Under the pieces are notes generated by a model. That model was not told the origin of the DNA and ran no database searches. It saw only the letters and a program-made list of their open reading frames with translations. A stretch of DNA of 64,000 nt from NCBI GenBank assembly GCA_037385505.1, contig JARRMY010000001.1:7025-71024 (forward strand), read 5' to 3'. Both the position numbers and the translations under genes were made by a program. Of this stretch, positions 1 through 9,938 are shown piece by piece; position 1 is the stretch's first letter, and the number at the start of each line of letters is the position of its first letter. Source of the DNA: Gammaproteobacteria bacterium. Lineage in GTDB: Bacteria; Pseudomonadota; Gammaproteobacteria; Chromatiales; Chromatiaceae.

Positions 1-14
1 CATTCCTGTGTGGA

Positions 15-2237
15 ATGCTCCTGCTGCTTCCCCTCGAGTCGCTTCCCTCGCACGACTGGCTGTTGCTGCTGGTGCCGCTGGCGCTTGTGTCGCTCTGGAA
101 GCGCTTCGGTATCGCCTTCGCCGTCATCGCCGGCTTCTGCTACGCCTGGCTGGACGCGGCCAGCTATCTCGATCGCATGCTGCCTGCCGCGCTCGAGCGG
201 ACGGATCTCCTGGTCGAGGGATGCGTCATCGGTTTGCCGGCGCGCAGCGGCGATGCGGCGCGCTTCGTGTTCGGGGTGGAGGCGATGCAGGACGGGGCGG
301 GGAGGGCCATCCCGTTCGCGGGCAGGATCAGGCTCTCCTGGTATGCGCATGAGCAGGCGTTGCACCCGGGCGATTGCGGGCGCCTCTCCGTCCGCCTCTT
401 CCAGCCACGCGGGTTCAGGAATCCCGGCGCCATGGATTACGAGCGCTGGCTGTTCCAGCAAGACCTGCTCGCGAGAGGCTATGTGCGCGAGAGCACAGCC
501 AACCGGCTGGAAGCCTCCGGAGACCTCTCCGCGGATGCATTCAGGGACCGGCTCAGGGCGCAGGTCCTCGCGCTGGACAGCCCGGCCGCCACGCCAGTCT
601 ATCTCGCGCTTCTGATCGGCGACCGCTCCCTGCTGGACGACGCGAGCTGGCAGCTCTTCAGGCAGACCGGCACCTCCCATCTCGTTGCCATTTCCGGATT
701 GCATATCGGTCTCGTCGCGATGCTGGCCTGGTGGCTGTGCGAGCGTCTCTGGCGCTATGCGGGCTCGATGCCGCTGAGGGTTCCGTCACCCGTTGCGGCT
801 GCCTGTTGTGCAATGATCGCGGCCTTTCTCTATGCGGCCATGGCCGGATTCGCCATACCGACCCAGAGGGCGCTGATGATGACGCTCGTCGTCGTGGCCG
901 CCGTGCTTGCGAGGCGCAACAGCGGGGGGCTGCAGGCGCTCGGGGTCGCCCTCATCGCCGTGCTTGTCCTGGACCCGGGAAGCATTCATTCAGCCGGATT
1001 CTGGTTGTCCTTCGCTGCCGTCACGAGCATCCTGCTGATGATTCGCCGCTATCCCGCCCTGAGGTCATGGCGCCTGCTGATCGCGATCCAGCTTGGCCTG
1101 TCGCTGTTGCTCGTGCCGGTGCTTGCGACCTGGCATTTTCCCGTCTCGCCGCTGGCGCCCTTCGTGAATCTCGTGGCGGTACCCTGGTTTTCGTTCGTGA
1201 TCGTCCCCGGCGTCCTGCTCAGCGCCATCTTCCTGCAGACCGGTCTGCCCGGGCATGAATGGCTTCCTGAAGCCGTCATGTTCCTGATCGACCTGACACT
1301 CGCCGCGCTCGAGCGTGCGGCATCGCCGGGCTGGCTCGTTGCGCTGCCCGAGCTGCCCCTGGCGACTCTGATCGGCAGCATGGCCGGCGGCGCGCTCCTG
1401 CTGCTCGGCAAGGGGTGGCGCATGCGCCTCGCCGGGATGCCATTGCTGGCGCTCCTGCTGTGGCCGGTGCCGCAGGATGAGCTCAGAGTCACCATTCTCG
1501 ATGTCGGCCAGGGAATTTCCGTCGTCGCCGAGAGCGGCGGCAGGGTGCTGGTCTACGATCTCGGCCCGATCTATCCGGGCGGTTTCAACACCGCCGAGGC
1601 CGTGGTGATGCCCTTCCTCGCGGCACGCGGGATCAGCGATGTCGACATGCTCGTCATCAGTCATGACGATAGCGATCACAGCGGCGGATACGAACGCTTT
1701 CTCGAGGAAATCCCGACCGGTGTCCGGCTCTCGGGGCAGCCCGGCGAGTTCGCTGAAGACTTCCGCCACTGTCATGAACAGCCCGCCTGGAAGTGGCAGC
1801 ACGCCAGGTTCGCTTTCCTGCCCGTGCGGCTCGACGATGCGAGCGACAACGATCTCTCCTGCGTGCTGCTGATCGAGCACCCGTCGGCCAGTATCCTGAT
1901 CACCGGCGATATCACGAGGCGGGCGGAACAGGCACTGCTGGAGCAGTATCCACATATCGGGAACATCGATCTCGTGACCATGCCGCATCACGGCAGCCGT
2001 TCCTCCTCATCGCAGGAGTTCGTCAAGCGCCTGCAGGCCGGAGACGTGGTTGCAACCGCCGGCTGGAAGAACCACTTCGGTCATCCCAAGCCGGATGTCG
2101 TGGAACGCTGGGTCTCGACGGGTGCGACAGTCCACGAAACAGCCGCCCAGGGCGCGCTGACGTTCGCAGTGAATAGCGGGGAAGCGAACCGTCTCGATGG
2201 TTATCGATTCACAGATCGGCATTTCTGGCATCGCTAA
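15..2237 (+). CDS. comEC: ComEC/Rec2 family DNA internalization competence protein
   Basis: 740-aa ORF with a multi-TM core and a C-terminal metallo-beta-lactamase-type region (LVISHDDSDHSGG ... TMPHHGSRSS). The first ATG is only 15 nt from the window edge, so the true start may lie upstream. Confidence 0.8.
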   Translation: MLLLLPLESLPSHDWLLLLVPLALVSLWKRFGIAFAVIAGFCYAWLDAASYLDRMLPAALERTDLLVEGCVIGLPARSGDAARFVFGVEAMQDGAGRAIPFAGRIRLSWYAHEQALHPGDCGRLSVRLFQPRGFRNPGAMDYERWLFQQDLLARGYVRESTANRLEASGDLSADAFRDRLRAQVLALDSPAATPVYLALLIGDRSLLDDASWQLFRQTGTSHLVAISGLHIGLVAMLAWWLCERLWRYAGSMPLRVPSPVAAACCAMIAAFLYAAMAGFAIPTQRALMMTLVVVAAVLARRNSGGLQALGVALIAVLVLDPGSIHSAGFWLSFAAVTSILLMIRRYPALRSWRLLIAIQLGLSLLLVPVLATWHFPVSPLAPFVNLVAVPWFSFVIVPGVLLSAIFLQTGLPGHEWLPEAVMFLIDLTLAALERAASPGWLVALPELPLATLIGSMAGGALLLLGKGWRMRLAGMPLLALLLWPVPQDELRVTILDVGQGISVVAESGGRVLVYDLGPIYPGGFNTAEAVVMPFLAARGISDVDMLVISHDDSDHSGGYERFLEEIPTGVRLSGQPGEFAEDFRHCHEQPAWKWQHARFAFLPVRLDDASDNDLSCVLLIEHPSASILITGDITRRAEQALLEQYPHIGNIDLVTMPHHGSRSSSSQEFVKRLQAGDVVATAGWKNHFGHPKPDVVERWVSTGATVHETAAQGALTFAVNSGEANRLDGYRFTDRHFWHR

Positions 2238-2393
2238 AAGCGGGTAAGATACGCGCATATCAAGACCCGTGGGAGAGAAGGTGCTGGAACTCGAGGCCGC
2301 TGGCCGGCCGATGTGCTCGATCGTGACACTGGCGATCAGTGTCAGGCAACGCCGCACGGCCGCAAGAGAACAGGGAAGGGATAACGCGGCTGT

Positions 2394-3389
2394 ATGAAGA
2401 CCCCCGCCTATTTCTGGAAGAAGTGGCATCCTGTGGCGCTGTTGTTGTCGCCCCTGTCGCTGCTGATGTGGGTCGTCGTCGCCATACGGCGGCTTCTTTA
2501 CGACTTGCGCATCTTCAGGGTCCACCGCTGCAGCGTGCCCGTGATCGTTGTCGGCAACCTGACGGTCGGCGGCACGGGCAAGACGCCACTGGTCATCTGG
2601 ATCTGCAATCACCTGAAAAAACTCGGCTACAATCCTGGCGTCGTGCTGCGCGGCTACGGCGGCACTGCCGCGAGCTGGCCACAACAGGTCAGGCGCGACA
2701 GCGATCCGCACGTCGTCGGTGACGAGGCTGTCGTGATCGCCGCCGAGACCGGCTGCCCGGTGTGCGCGGGCCCGGACCGGGTCGATGCCGCGAAGGCCCT
2801 CGTGCAACATGCGCGGTGCGACGTCATCCTCTCAGACGACGGGTTGCAGCATTACGCGCTCGGGCGTGATATCGAGATCGTCGTGATCGATGGCGAGCGC
2901 CGTTTCGGCAACGGCCTGCTGCTGCCGGCAGGGCCGCTCAGGGAGGGCGTCGGCCGCCTCAGGCGGGCCGACTTCATCATCATCAACGGCAACTGCAGCG
3001 ACAACGAGCACTGCATGCAGCAGATGCCCGGAGAGGTGATCAACCTCGAGACCGGCGAGACCATGGCGCTCGAGGAGTGGAGCGGCCGCATGGTGCATCT
3101 CGTATCGGGTATCGGCAATCCGGCGCGCTTCATCGACATGGTCCGTGGAGCCGGCATCGAGACGGATCAGCGCCTCTTCCCGGACCATCACGACTACGGC
3201 CCCGGGGACCTCGAGTTCAACGACGATCTGCCGGTCCTCATGACCGCCAAGGACGCGGTCAAGGTCCGCCCTTTTGCCGACAACAGGTTCTGGTATCTGA
3301 AACTGCGCGTCGATCCATCTGCCACCTTCGTCCACCAGGTGGTCACTGCGCTCATCATGAAACGCGATCATGGACAAAAAACTGCTTGA
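2394..3389 (+). CDS. lpxK: Tetraacyldisaccharide 4'-kinase
   Basis: 331-aa ORF with an N-terminal hydrophobic segment followed by the P-loop [14 protein letters not shown]. Followed by ycaR-like and kdsB genes. Confidence 0.9.
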   Translation: MKTPAYFWKKWHPVALLLSPLSLLMWVVVAIRRLLYDLRIFRVHRCSVPVIVVGNLTVGGTGKTPLVIWICNHLKKLGYNPGVVLRGYGGTAASWPQQVRRDSDPHVVGDEAVVIAAETGCPVCAGPDRVDAAKALVQHARCDVILSDDGLQHYALGRDIEIVVIDGERRFGNGLLLPAGPLREGVGRLRRADFIIINGNCSDNEHCMQQMPGEVINLETGETMALEEWSGRMVHLVSGIGNPARFIDMVRGAGIETDQRLFPDHHDYGPGDLEFNDDLPVLMTAKDAVKVRPFADNRFWYLKLRVDPSATFVHQVVTALIMKRDHGQKTA

Positions 3390-3555
3390 TATCCTCGTCT
3401 GCCCGATTTGCAAGGGGCCCGTGCGCTACGTCAAAAAAGCCGATGAGCTGATCTGTCCGGTCGACAGGCTCGCCTATCCGGTCATCGACGGCATTCCGGT
3501 CATGCTCACGAGCGAAGCGCGGGAGTTGCCCGCCGACGAGGAGATTCCGGAATGA
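3370..3555 (+). CDS. Trm112/YcaR-family small protein (UPF0434)
   Basis: 61-aa ORF with [14 protein letters not shown]...[18 protein letters not shown]. Overlaps the lpxK end by 20 nt and the kdsB start by 4 nt. Confidence 0.8.
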   Translation: MDKKLLDILVCPICKGPVRYVKKADELICPVDRLAYPVIDGIPVMLTSEARELPADEEIPE

Positions 3556-4325
3556 GCACTTTCCATATCGTTATTCCGGCGCGCCACGCTTCGAGCCGCC
3601 TGCCCGGCAAGCCGCTGCTCGACATTGGTGGCAAGCCCATGATCCTGCACGTGGTCGACCGGGCGCGCGAGTGCGGCGCGGCGACCATTACCGTCGCGAC
3701 CGATGACCGGCGCATCCACGACATCGTCGAGGCGGCGAATGTCGACGTGCTCATGACGTCTCCGGAGCACGCGAGCGGCACGGACCGACTCGCCGAGGTG
3801 ACCTCTGTGACAGGTTGGCCGGACGATGACATCGTCGTCAACCTGCAGGGAGACGAACCCCTGATGCCGCCCGTCATCGTCAGACAGGTCGCGGAGAACC
3901 TCGACGGCCACGCGCACGCCAGCATCGCCACCCTCTGCACGCCCGTCACGCGTTACGAGGAGATGATCAACCCCAATGCCGTCAAGGTCGTCATGGATGC
4001 CGACGGCTACGCGCTCTACTTCAGCCGGGCGCCGATTCCCTGGTACCGCGACGGGTTCGGCAAGGAGGAGCAGTGGATGCCGAGCATGACCGGCTGTTAC
4101 CGCCACCTGGGCCTCTACGCCTACAGGGCCGGTTTTCTGAAGCGCTACAGCGGCTGGCAGAGCGCCCCGCTCGAACAGTGCGAATCCCTCGAACAGCTGC
4201 GCGCGCTCTGGCACGGCGAGAAGATCCATGTCGCGATTGCCGAAGAGGTCCCGCCGCCCGGAGTCGACACGATGGATGACCTGCAGCATGTCAGGGAGAT
4301 CCTGGGAGGCGGGGATGGCGCATGA
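3552..4325 (+). CDS. kdsB: 3-deoxy-manno-octulosonate cytidylyltransferase (CMP-KDO synthetase)
   Basis: 257-aa ORF with the N-terminal [17 protein letters not shown] motif, in the lpxK-ycaR-kdsB context. Confidence 0.9.
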   Translation: MSTFHIVIPARHASSRLPGKPLLDIGGKPMILHVVDRARECGAATITVATDDRRIHDIVEAANVDVLMTSPEHASGTDRLAEVTSVTGWPDDDIVVNLQGDEPLMPPVIVRQVAENLDGHAHASIATLCTPVTRYEEMINPNAVKVVMDADGYALYFSRAPIPWYRDGFGKEEQWMPSMTGCYRHLGLYAYRAGFLKRYSGWQSAPLEQCESLEQLRALWHGEKIHVAIAEEVPPPGVDTMDDLQHVREILGGGDGA

Positions 4326-4782
4326 GATCGAGCGCAAGTTTCTCGTCACGGGCGATGCCTGGCGGTCGCTGGCCGACGAGGCGATCCGCATGCGCCAGGG
4401 CTATCTCTCGGAGGACTATGACCGCTCGATCCGCGTGCGCACCGAGAACGACAGGGCCTTCATCAATATCAAGAGTTCGGTCGACGGCATCCACCGCCTC
4501 GAGTACGAGTACGAGATCCCGCTGACCGACGCCGAGGAGATTCTCGATCGCGTCGCGTTGCGGCCGCTGATCGAGAAGACGCGCCATCTCGTTCACCTCG
4601 CCGGGGTCGAGTGGGAGATCGATGTCTTCGAGGGCGACAACGAGGGGCTCGTCGTCGCGGAAGTCGAGTTGCCCTCCGCGGACACGCCTGTCGCGCTGCC
4701 GGAGTGGGTCGGCAAGGAGGTCTCGCACGACCTGCGCTACTACAACGTCTCGCTGCAGAAGCATCCCTACCGCTCGTGGTGA
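4315..4782 (+). CDS. CYTH-domain protein (triphosphate tunnel metalloenzyme / class IV adenylate cyclase-like)
   Basis: The internal ATG at 4315 gives [11 protein letters not shown]..., with the EXEXK motif at the N-terminus. Overlaps the kdsB stop (4323-4325). Confidence 0.75.
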   Translation: MAHEIERKFLVTGDAWRSLADEAIRMRQGYLSEDYDRSIRVRTENDRAFINIKSSVDGIHRLEYEYEIPLTDAEEILDRVALRPLIEKTRHLVHLAGVEWEIDVFEGDNEGLVVAEVELPSADTPVALPEWVGKEVSHDLRYYNVSLQKHPYRSW

Positions 4783-6260
4783 GGCGCCTTTTCCTGCTGC
4801 TCGTCTGCCTGGCGACGACGCTGGCCGGCTGCAGCGAACAGCCGCGCGAGGGTATCCGCTTCGGCGTGCAGCAGCTGCCGCTGAATTTCGACCCGCGGCA
4901 GGCGACCGACGCCGCCTCCGAGCGCGTCAACCATCTGCTCTACCGGGGACTGGTGCGTTTCGACGAGACGCGCCTCCCGCAACCCGATCTCGCGACCTGG
5001 CAACGGCCGGAGCCACGGCGCTATCGCTTCACCCTCGAGGCTGACAGCCGTTTCGACGACGGATCCGCCGTCACCGTGCGGGATGTGCTGGCGACCTACG
5101 ACGCCATTCTCGATCCTGAGAACAACTCGCCGCATCGCTCGACGCTCTCCATCATCGAGGAGATGCGCCCGGTCGACGGGAGCACGATCGACTTCCTGCT
5201 CGCGCGCGCCGACCCCTACTTTCCGTCCTATCTCGTCACCGGCATCCTGCCCGCGGAACGCATCGCGAACGGCCACGATTTCAGCAGCAAGCCGATCGGC
5301 AGCGGTCCGTTCCGGCTCAAGGAGCGCGATGCCGGGCGGTTGCTGCTCGAGCGCAAGTCCGACGGCGAAATCCTGAGCCTGCTGCTCGTCAAGGAGCCCA
5401 GCGTGCGCGTCCTGAAACTGCTGCGCGGCGAGATCGACCTGCTGCAGGGCGACCTGCCGCCCTCGCTGGTCGATTACCTCTCCGCGCAGGAGGGCGTGCG
5501 GGTACGCACGGCGCATGGCAGCAACTACACCTACCTGGGGTTCAATCTCGAGGATCCGGTGACGGGCGATGTGCGCATCCGCCGGGCCATCGCGCACGCC
5601 ATCGACCGCGAAGCCATTATCAGGCATGTTTTCAAGGGGCGCGCGCGCAAGGCCGCGGGACTCTTTCCGCCCGAGCATGCGCTCGGCATCGCGGACGAGA
5701 CAGCCATTCGCTTCGATCCGCAGCAGGCAATGGCGTTGCTGCGCGAGGCGGGCTACGGCCCGTCGCGTCCGCTCGAACTGACCTGGAAGACTTCCAGCGA
5801 CCCGTTCCGCCTGCGGCTTGCGACCATCATGCAACAGCAGCTTGCCGATGCGGGCATTCGCGTGACGATCAAGAGCCATGACTTCGGCACCTTCTTCGGC
5901 GATATCAAGTCCGGCAATTTCCAGCTCTACAGCCTCACCTGGGTCGGCCTGAAGACGCCGGACAGTTTCCGCTACATCTTCCACAGCGGCTCGATTCCAC
6001 CCAATGGCGCGAACCGCGGGCGCTATCGTTCATCGCCTGTCGACAGGCTGATAGAATCGGCCGAAAAGGAGGTCGATATCGATGCCCAGGTTCCCTTTTA
6101 CCAACGGCTGCAACGGCAACTCTTGCAGGACCTGCCCTATATCCCGCTCTGGTACGAGGACCAGATGGCCGCCTACAGGCCAGGGGCCGTCAGTGATTAC
6201 GTTCCGCGCCAGGACGGCAACTACGACGGTCTCACCGGGCTGGCGCGTGTCGGACGATGA
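4779..6260 (+). CDS. ABC transporter substrate-binding protein, family 5 (peptide/nickel type), lipoprotein
   Basis: GTG at 4776/4779 overlaps the CYTH stop. Lipoprotein-like signal [17 protein letters not shown]. Length and sequence resemble DppA/OppA-type binding proteins. The upstream part of the 4611 ORF overlaps the CYTH gene and is discounted. Confidence 0.8.
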   Translation: MRRLFLLLVCLATTLAGCSEQPREGIRFGVQQLPLNFDPRQATDAASERVNHLLYRGLVRFDETRLPQPDLATWQRPEPRRYRFTLEADSRFDDGSAVTVRDVLATYDAILDPENNSPHRSTLSIIEEMRPVDGSTIDFLLARADPYFPSYLVTGILPAERIANGHDFSSKPIGSGPFRLKERDAGRLLLERKSDGEILSLLLVKEPSVRVLKLLRGEIDLLQGDLPPSLVDYLSAQEGVRVRTAHGSNYTYLGFNLEDPVTGDVRIRRAIAHAIDREAIIRHVFKGRARKAAGLFPPEHALGIADETAIRFDPQQAMALLREAGYGPSRPLELTWKTSSDPFRLRLATIMQQQLADAGIRVTIKSHDFGTFFGDIKSGNFQLYSLTWVGLKTPDSFRYIFHSGSIPPNGANRGRYRSSPVDRLIESAEKEVDIDAQVPFYQRLQRQLLQDLPYIPLWYEDQMAAYRPGAVSDYVPRQDGNYDGLTGLARVGR

Positions 6261-6745
6261 GTGAGCCGGCGCGCATCGAAATCAGTCTCGCGAGGCAGGA
6301 GCTGGCGCTGCACGAAGCGCACGGCGCTGCCAGCGTCTACCCGGTGTCGACGGCGCGCAATGGACCCGGTGAGCGTATCAACAGCGAGTGCACGCCGCGC
6401 GGCAGGCATCACGTGCGACTCGTGATCGGCCAGGGGTGTCCCGAGAATGCGGTCTTCATCGGCCGCCGCTTCACCGGCGAGCGCTATTCGCCAGCACTCG
6501 CCGCCGCCAGCCCCGGCAGGGACTGGATCCTGACGCGGATCATCTGGCTCACGGGCGACGAGCCCGGCTTCAACAGGGGAGGCGCATGCGATTCGCTGCG
6601 CCGCTTCATCTACATCCACGGCACGCCGGACTCGGAACCCATGGGCATTCCGAAATCGCACGGCTGCATTCGCATGCGCAACAGCGACGTCATCGAGCTG
6701 GCCGCCCGCGTGCGTCCCGGCACCCCGGTGCTGATCAGGGAATGA
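6257..6745 (+). CDS. L,D-transpeptidase catalytic (YkuD) domain protein with no signal peptide
   Basis: 162 aa with the active-site motif HGTPDSEPMGIPKSHGCIRM. No N-terminal hydrophobic segment. ATGA overlap with the binding-protein gene stop, and 1-nt gap to the next permease gene. Confidence 0.75.
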   Translation: MSEPARIEISLARQELALHEAHGAASVYPVSTARNGPGERINSECTPRGRHHVRLVIGQGCPENAVFIGRRFTGERYSPALAAASPGRDWILTRIIWLTGDEPGFNRGGACDSLRRFIYIHGTPDSEPMGIPKSHGCIRMRNSDVIELAARVRPGTPVLIRE

Positions 6746-6746
6746 G

Positions 6747-7655
6747 ATGCTCGCGCGCCTGCTGACATCCCTCGTGACGCTGCTCGGCGTGGTGACGCTG
6801 GTGTTCTTCCTGATCCACCTGATTCCGGGCGACCCCGTCGAGTACATTCTTGGCGACTCGGCGCGTCCCGCCGACCGCGACGCCCTGCGCGCCGAACTCG
6901 GGCTCGACAAGCCCGTGCTGCAGCAGTACGCGGATTACATCGGCGGCCTGCTGCGCTTCGATCTCGGCGCGTCGCTGCACAGCAAGCAGGCGGTGTCGTC
7001 CCTGTTGCTGGAGCGCCTGCCGGCGACGCTCGAGCTCTCCGCCGCGGCTTTCCTGCTCGCCATCCTGATCGCCTTTCCACTCGGCGTGCTCGCGGCGCGC
7101 CGCAAGGGCACGGCCTGGGATTCGGGCGCCATGACGCTCTCGCTGCTCGGTGTCTCCATTCCGAATTTCTGGCTCGGGCCGATGCTGATCCTGCTGTTCT
7201 CGATGTGGCTCGGGCTGACACCCGTCAGCGGCAGGGACCAGCCGGGAGCGCTGATCCTGCCGGCCGTCACGCTCGGTGTCTCGCTCGCCGCCATCCTGGC
7301 GCGCATGGTGCGCAGCACATTGCTGGATGTCCTCAACGAGGACTATATCCGCACCGCGCGCGCCAAGGGCGTCGCGGAAGCGGGGGTTGTCTGGCGGCAT
7401 GCGCTGCGCAATGCGCTGCTGCCGGTCATCACGCTGCTCGGGCTGCAGTTTGGTGCATTGCTGGCCGGCTCCGTGATCACCGAGAAGGTTTTCAGCTGGC
7501 CCGGCGTCGGCCTGCTGCTGATCGAATCGATCCAGCAGCGGGACTATCCCGTGGTCCAGGGGGCCGTGCTGCTGATCGCCCTGAGCTACCTGCTCGTCAA
7601 TACCGCGACGGATCTGCTCTACCGGGTCATCGATCCGAGGATCAGGCGCACATGA
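6747..7655 (+). CDS. ABC transporter permease (DppB/OppB-like)
   Basis: 302 aa, multi-TM, with N-terminal LVTLLGVVTLVFFLIHLIPGDPV typical of peptide-type permeases. Confidence 0.85.
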   Translation: MLARLLTSLVTLLGVVTLVFFLIHLIPGDPVEYILGDSARPADRDALRAELGLDKPVLQQYADYIGGLLRFDLGASLHSKQAVSSLLLERLPATLELSAAAFLLAILIAFPLGVLAARRKGTAWDSGAMTLSLLGVSIPNFWLGPMLILLFSMWLGLTPVSGRDQPGALILPAVTLGVSLAAILARMVRSTLLDVLNEDYIRTARAKGVAEAGVVWRHALRNALLPVITLLGLQFGALLAGSVITEKVFSWPGVGLLLIESIQQRDYPVVQGAVLLIALSYLLVNTATDLLYRVIDPRIRRT

Positions 7656-8452
7656 GCCGGAATTTTGCCATCGCCATCCTGCTGCTGTGGGTCGGAGCCG
7701 TGCTGATCGAACCCCTCTTGCAGACCACGCCGGAGAGGATCCACCTCGAGGCGATTCTCTCCCCGCCGTCATTCGACTATCTGCTCGGTAACGATACGCT
7801 CGGGCGTTCCGTGGCCGAGCGCCTGCTCTCCGGCGCCAGAGTCGCGCTGCTGGTGTCTGTCGTGACGGTGCTGATCTCGGCCGTGGCCGGCACATTGCTG
7901 GGCGCCATCAGCGGCTATGTCGGCGGCTTCACGGACACGATCATCTCGCGCATCATCGACGTCATGCTCGCGTTTCCGGGCATCCTGCTCGCGATCGCGC
8001 TGGCCGCGATTCTCGGTCCGGGCATCGACAACCTCGTCATCGCCATCTCGGTTGTCGGCTGGGTCGGCTATGCGCGACTGGCGCGTGCACAGGCGTTGTC
8101 GCTGAAACAGCGTGAGCATGTCACGGCCGCCATCGCGCTCGGCAGCCGCCAGGGGAGGATCATCCTGCGTCACATCATTCCGCTGATGCTGGCGCCGTTG
8201 CTCGTCGAGGCGAGTTTCGGCATCGCCGCGGTGATCGTGGCCGAGGCCGGCCTCTCGTTCCTCGGACTCGGCGTGCAGCCGCCGCAGGCCTCCTGGGGCA
8301 GCATGATCCGCGAGGGTGCGCAGTTCCTGCTCGTCGCTCCGCATCTCGCCATCTTCCCGGGACTCGCGATTTTTCTCGTCGTGCTCTCGGCCAACCTGTT
8401 CGGCGACTGGTTGCGCAGTCGCCTGGACGTGCGCGAACAGCGGATACCCTGA
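7652..8452 (+). CDS. ABC transporter permease (DppC/OppC-like)
   Basis: The ATG at 7652 overlaps the upstream stop (ATGA). MSRNFAIAILLLWVG..., multi-TM. The part of the 7205 ORF upstream of 7652 is an out-of-frame overlap with the preceding gene. Confidence 0.85.
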   Translation: MSRNFAIAILLLWVGAVLIEPLLQTTPERIHLEAILSPPSFDYLLGNDTLGRSVAERLLSGARVALLVSVVTVLISAVAGTLLGAISGYVGGFTDTIISRIIDVMLAFPGILLAIALAAILGPGIDNLVIAISVVGWVGYARLARAQALSLKQREHVTAAIALGSRQGRIILRHIIPLMLAPLLVEASFGIAAVIVAEAGLSFLGLGVQPPQASWGSMIREGAQFLLVAPHLAIFPGLAIFLVVLSANLFGDWLRSRLDVREQRIP

Positions 8453-8454
8453 TC

Positions 8455-9360
8455 ATGCAGCAGGGCATCCTCGAGCGATTTTCCCCCTACCTGCTGCTGG
8501 TGCTGACGACGCTTTTCTGGGCCGGAAATTTCAACGTTGCGCGCGCCGTCAGCGGTGAGGTGCCGCCACTCGGCCTGTCGTTCTGGCGCTGGATGATCGC
8601 CTCGCTGATCCTGCTGCCGTTCGCACTGGCGCCGATGTGGCGCCAGCGTGCGCACTTTCTCGACAACTGGCGACTGGTCACAGTGCTCGCGGTCTGCGGC
8701 GTCACCCTCTTCAACAGCCTCGTCTATCTCGGCCTGCAGACGACCACGGCGATCAATGCTTCGCTGATGCAGTCGATCAACCCGGTGTTCATCATCGTGC
8801 TGTCGCGGCTCGTGCTCGGCCGCAGGGCCGGCGGCCGGCAATGGACAGGCGTGTTCCTCTCACTGGCCGGCGCTCTCGTGATCCTGACGCGTGGCGATCC
8901 GGCCGTTATCGCCAGCCTGGGCTTCGCCAGGGGGGATCTCGTCGTGGTGCTGGCCGTGCTCGTCTGGGGCACGTACACGGTGCTCTTGAAAAAGCTGCCC
9001 GCGGTACTCCTGGGCCTGCCGCTGCTCGGCTACACGATGGCGATCGGCACGCTCCTGATTCTGCCGTTTTATCTTGCTGAAACGGCACTCGGCTGGCCCA
9101 TGCCGGTGAACGGGACGAGCATCCTCAGCGTGCTCTATGTCGCGATTTTTCCGTCGGTGCTGGCCTATCTGTTCTGGAACCACGCCACCGCACGCATCGG
9201 CCCCGAAAAGACAGGTCACTTCAGCCACCTGATTCCGGTTTTCGGCATCCTGATCGCGACGCTGATTCTCGGCGAGTCGTTCCATGGATATCATTTAGCG
9301 GGGATGCTGCTGGTGGCAGTCGGCCTGCTGCTGGCGAACAGCGGAAAGCGGGCGCGCTGA
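8455..9360 (+). CDS. EamA/DMT-family transporter
   Basis: 301 aa with about 10 hydrophobic segments in two EamA-like halves. Starts 2 nt after the permease stop. Confidence 0.75.
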   Translation: MQQGILERFSPYLLLVLTTLFWAGNFNVARAVSGEVPPLGLSFWRWMIASLILLPFALAPMWRQRAHFLDNWRLVTVLAVCGVTLFNSLVYLGLQTTTAINASLMQSINPVFIIVLSRLVLGRRAGGRQWTGVFLSLAGALVILTRGDPAVIASLGFARGDLVVVLAVLVWGTYTVLLKKLPAVLLGLPLLGYTMAIGTLLILPFYLAETALGWPMPVNGTSILSVLYVAIFPSVLAYLFWNHATARIGPEKTGHFSHLIPVFGILIATLILGESFHGYHLAGMLLVAVGLLLANSGKRAR

Positions 9361-9664
9361 AGAGCGGATCCGGCGCTCGACTGCGCCGATGGTCGGCAGT
9401 CCCGTATCCCGTCAAAACAGGCCTCGCGCGGGCACTCGCGCCTAACTTACTGATTTCAAAAACAACACTGCCAGTGTGGATTCAAGGGATGCCTGCATGC
9501 GTCGTGAATTCTTCAGGAAAACCTGAAAAAAGTGGCATTTATTAGTGAAACAGAGTATTCTAATCGGATCATTGCCGGGCCATATGGTCGGCATAAAAAT
9601 TTAGGTTCACGGTCATGCTTTGCATGGCCTTAATTATGTGGTGAATTAACTCGGAGACCGGATT

Positions 9665-9859
9665 ATGAACCAGACGTATTACGACGCTGTAACAAAGATG
9701 GAAGAGATGGGTGTGAACGAAGAGTACATCCAGGGCTGGCAGGCGGGCTTCCTGCAGAACCCGAAGCGTGAAGAGCAGCGTGTAACTGAAGCTTATGAAG
9801 CTGGTTATGAAGATGGTGAAGAAAAGAGCACTGACAATTTCGCTAACTGGGTCAGCTGA
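9665..9859 (+). CDS. Small acidic hypothetical protein (64 aa)
   Basis: ATG preceded by GGAG, and followed by a clear intrinsic terminator. Noticeably lower GC and different codon choice (GAA, GGT, CGT, GCT) than its neighbours. Confidence 0.55.
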   Translation: MNQTYYDAVTKMEEMGVNEEYIQGWQAGFLQNPKREEQRVTEAYEAGYEDGEEKSTDNFANWVS

Positions 9860-9894
9860 TCGCTGAATATTCGGAATCCACGTGTTTCAACAAG

Positions 9895-9924
9895 GCCTCG
9901 GTAACACCCGGGGCTTTGTTTTTT
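9895..9924 (+). terminator. Rho-independent terminator
   Basis: GCCTCGG (9895-9901) pairs with CCGGGGC (9908-9914), including one G-U pair, and is followed by TTTGTTTTTT. Confidence 0.75.
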
Positions 9925-9938
9925 AACGGAGAACAGCA

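Noticed and set aside
2238-2393. No msbA or exbB-exbD between comEC and lpxK.
   Set aside because: Gene order here varies among proteobacteria. The 156-nt gap shows no remnant ORF, so there is nothing to support a deletion or pseudogene.
4767-7895. Long minus-strand ORFs (405 aa at 4767-5984; 386 aa at 6735-7895) opposite the ABC transporter genes.
   Set aside because: These are typical stop-codon-poor antisense frames of a high-GC genome. They give Arg/Ala/Gly-rich nonsense, while the plus-strand frames have clear family signatures.
9531-9550. Possible sigma54 promoter (TGGCATTTATTAGTGA).
   Set aside because: The -12 element (TTGC) is absent at the required spacing.
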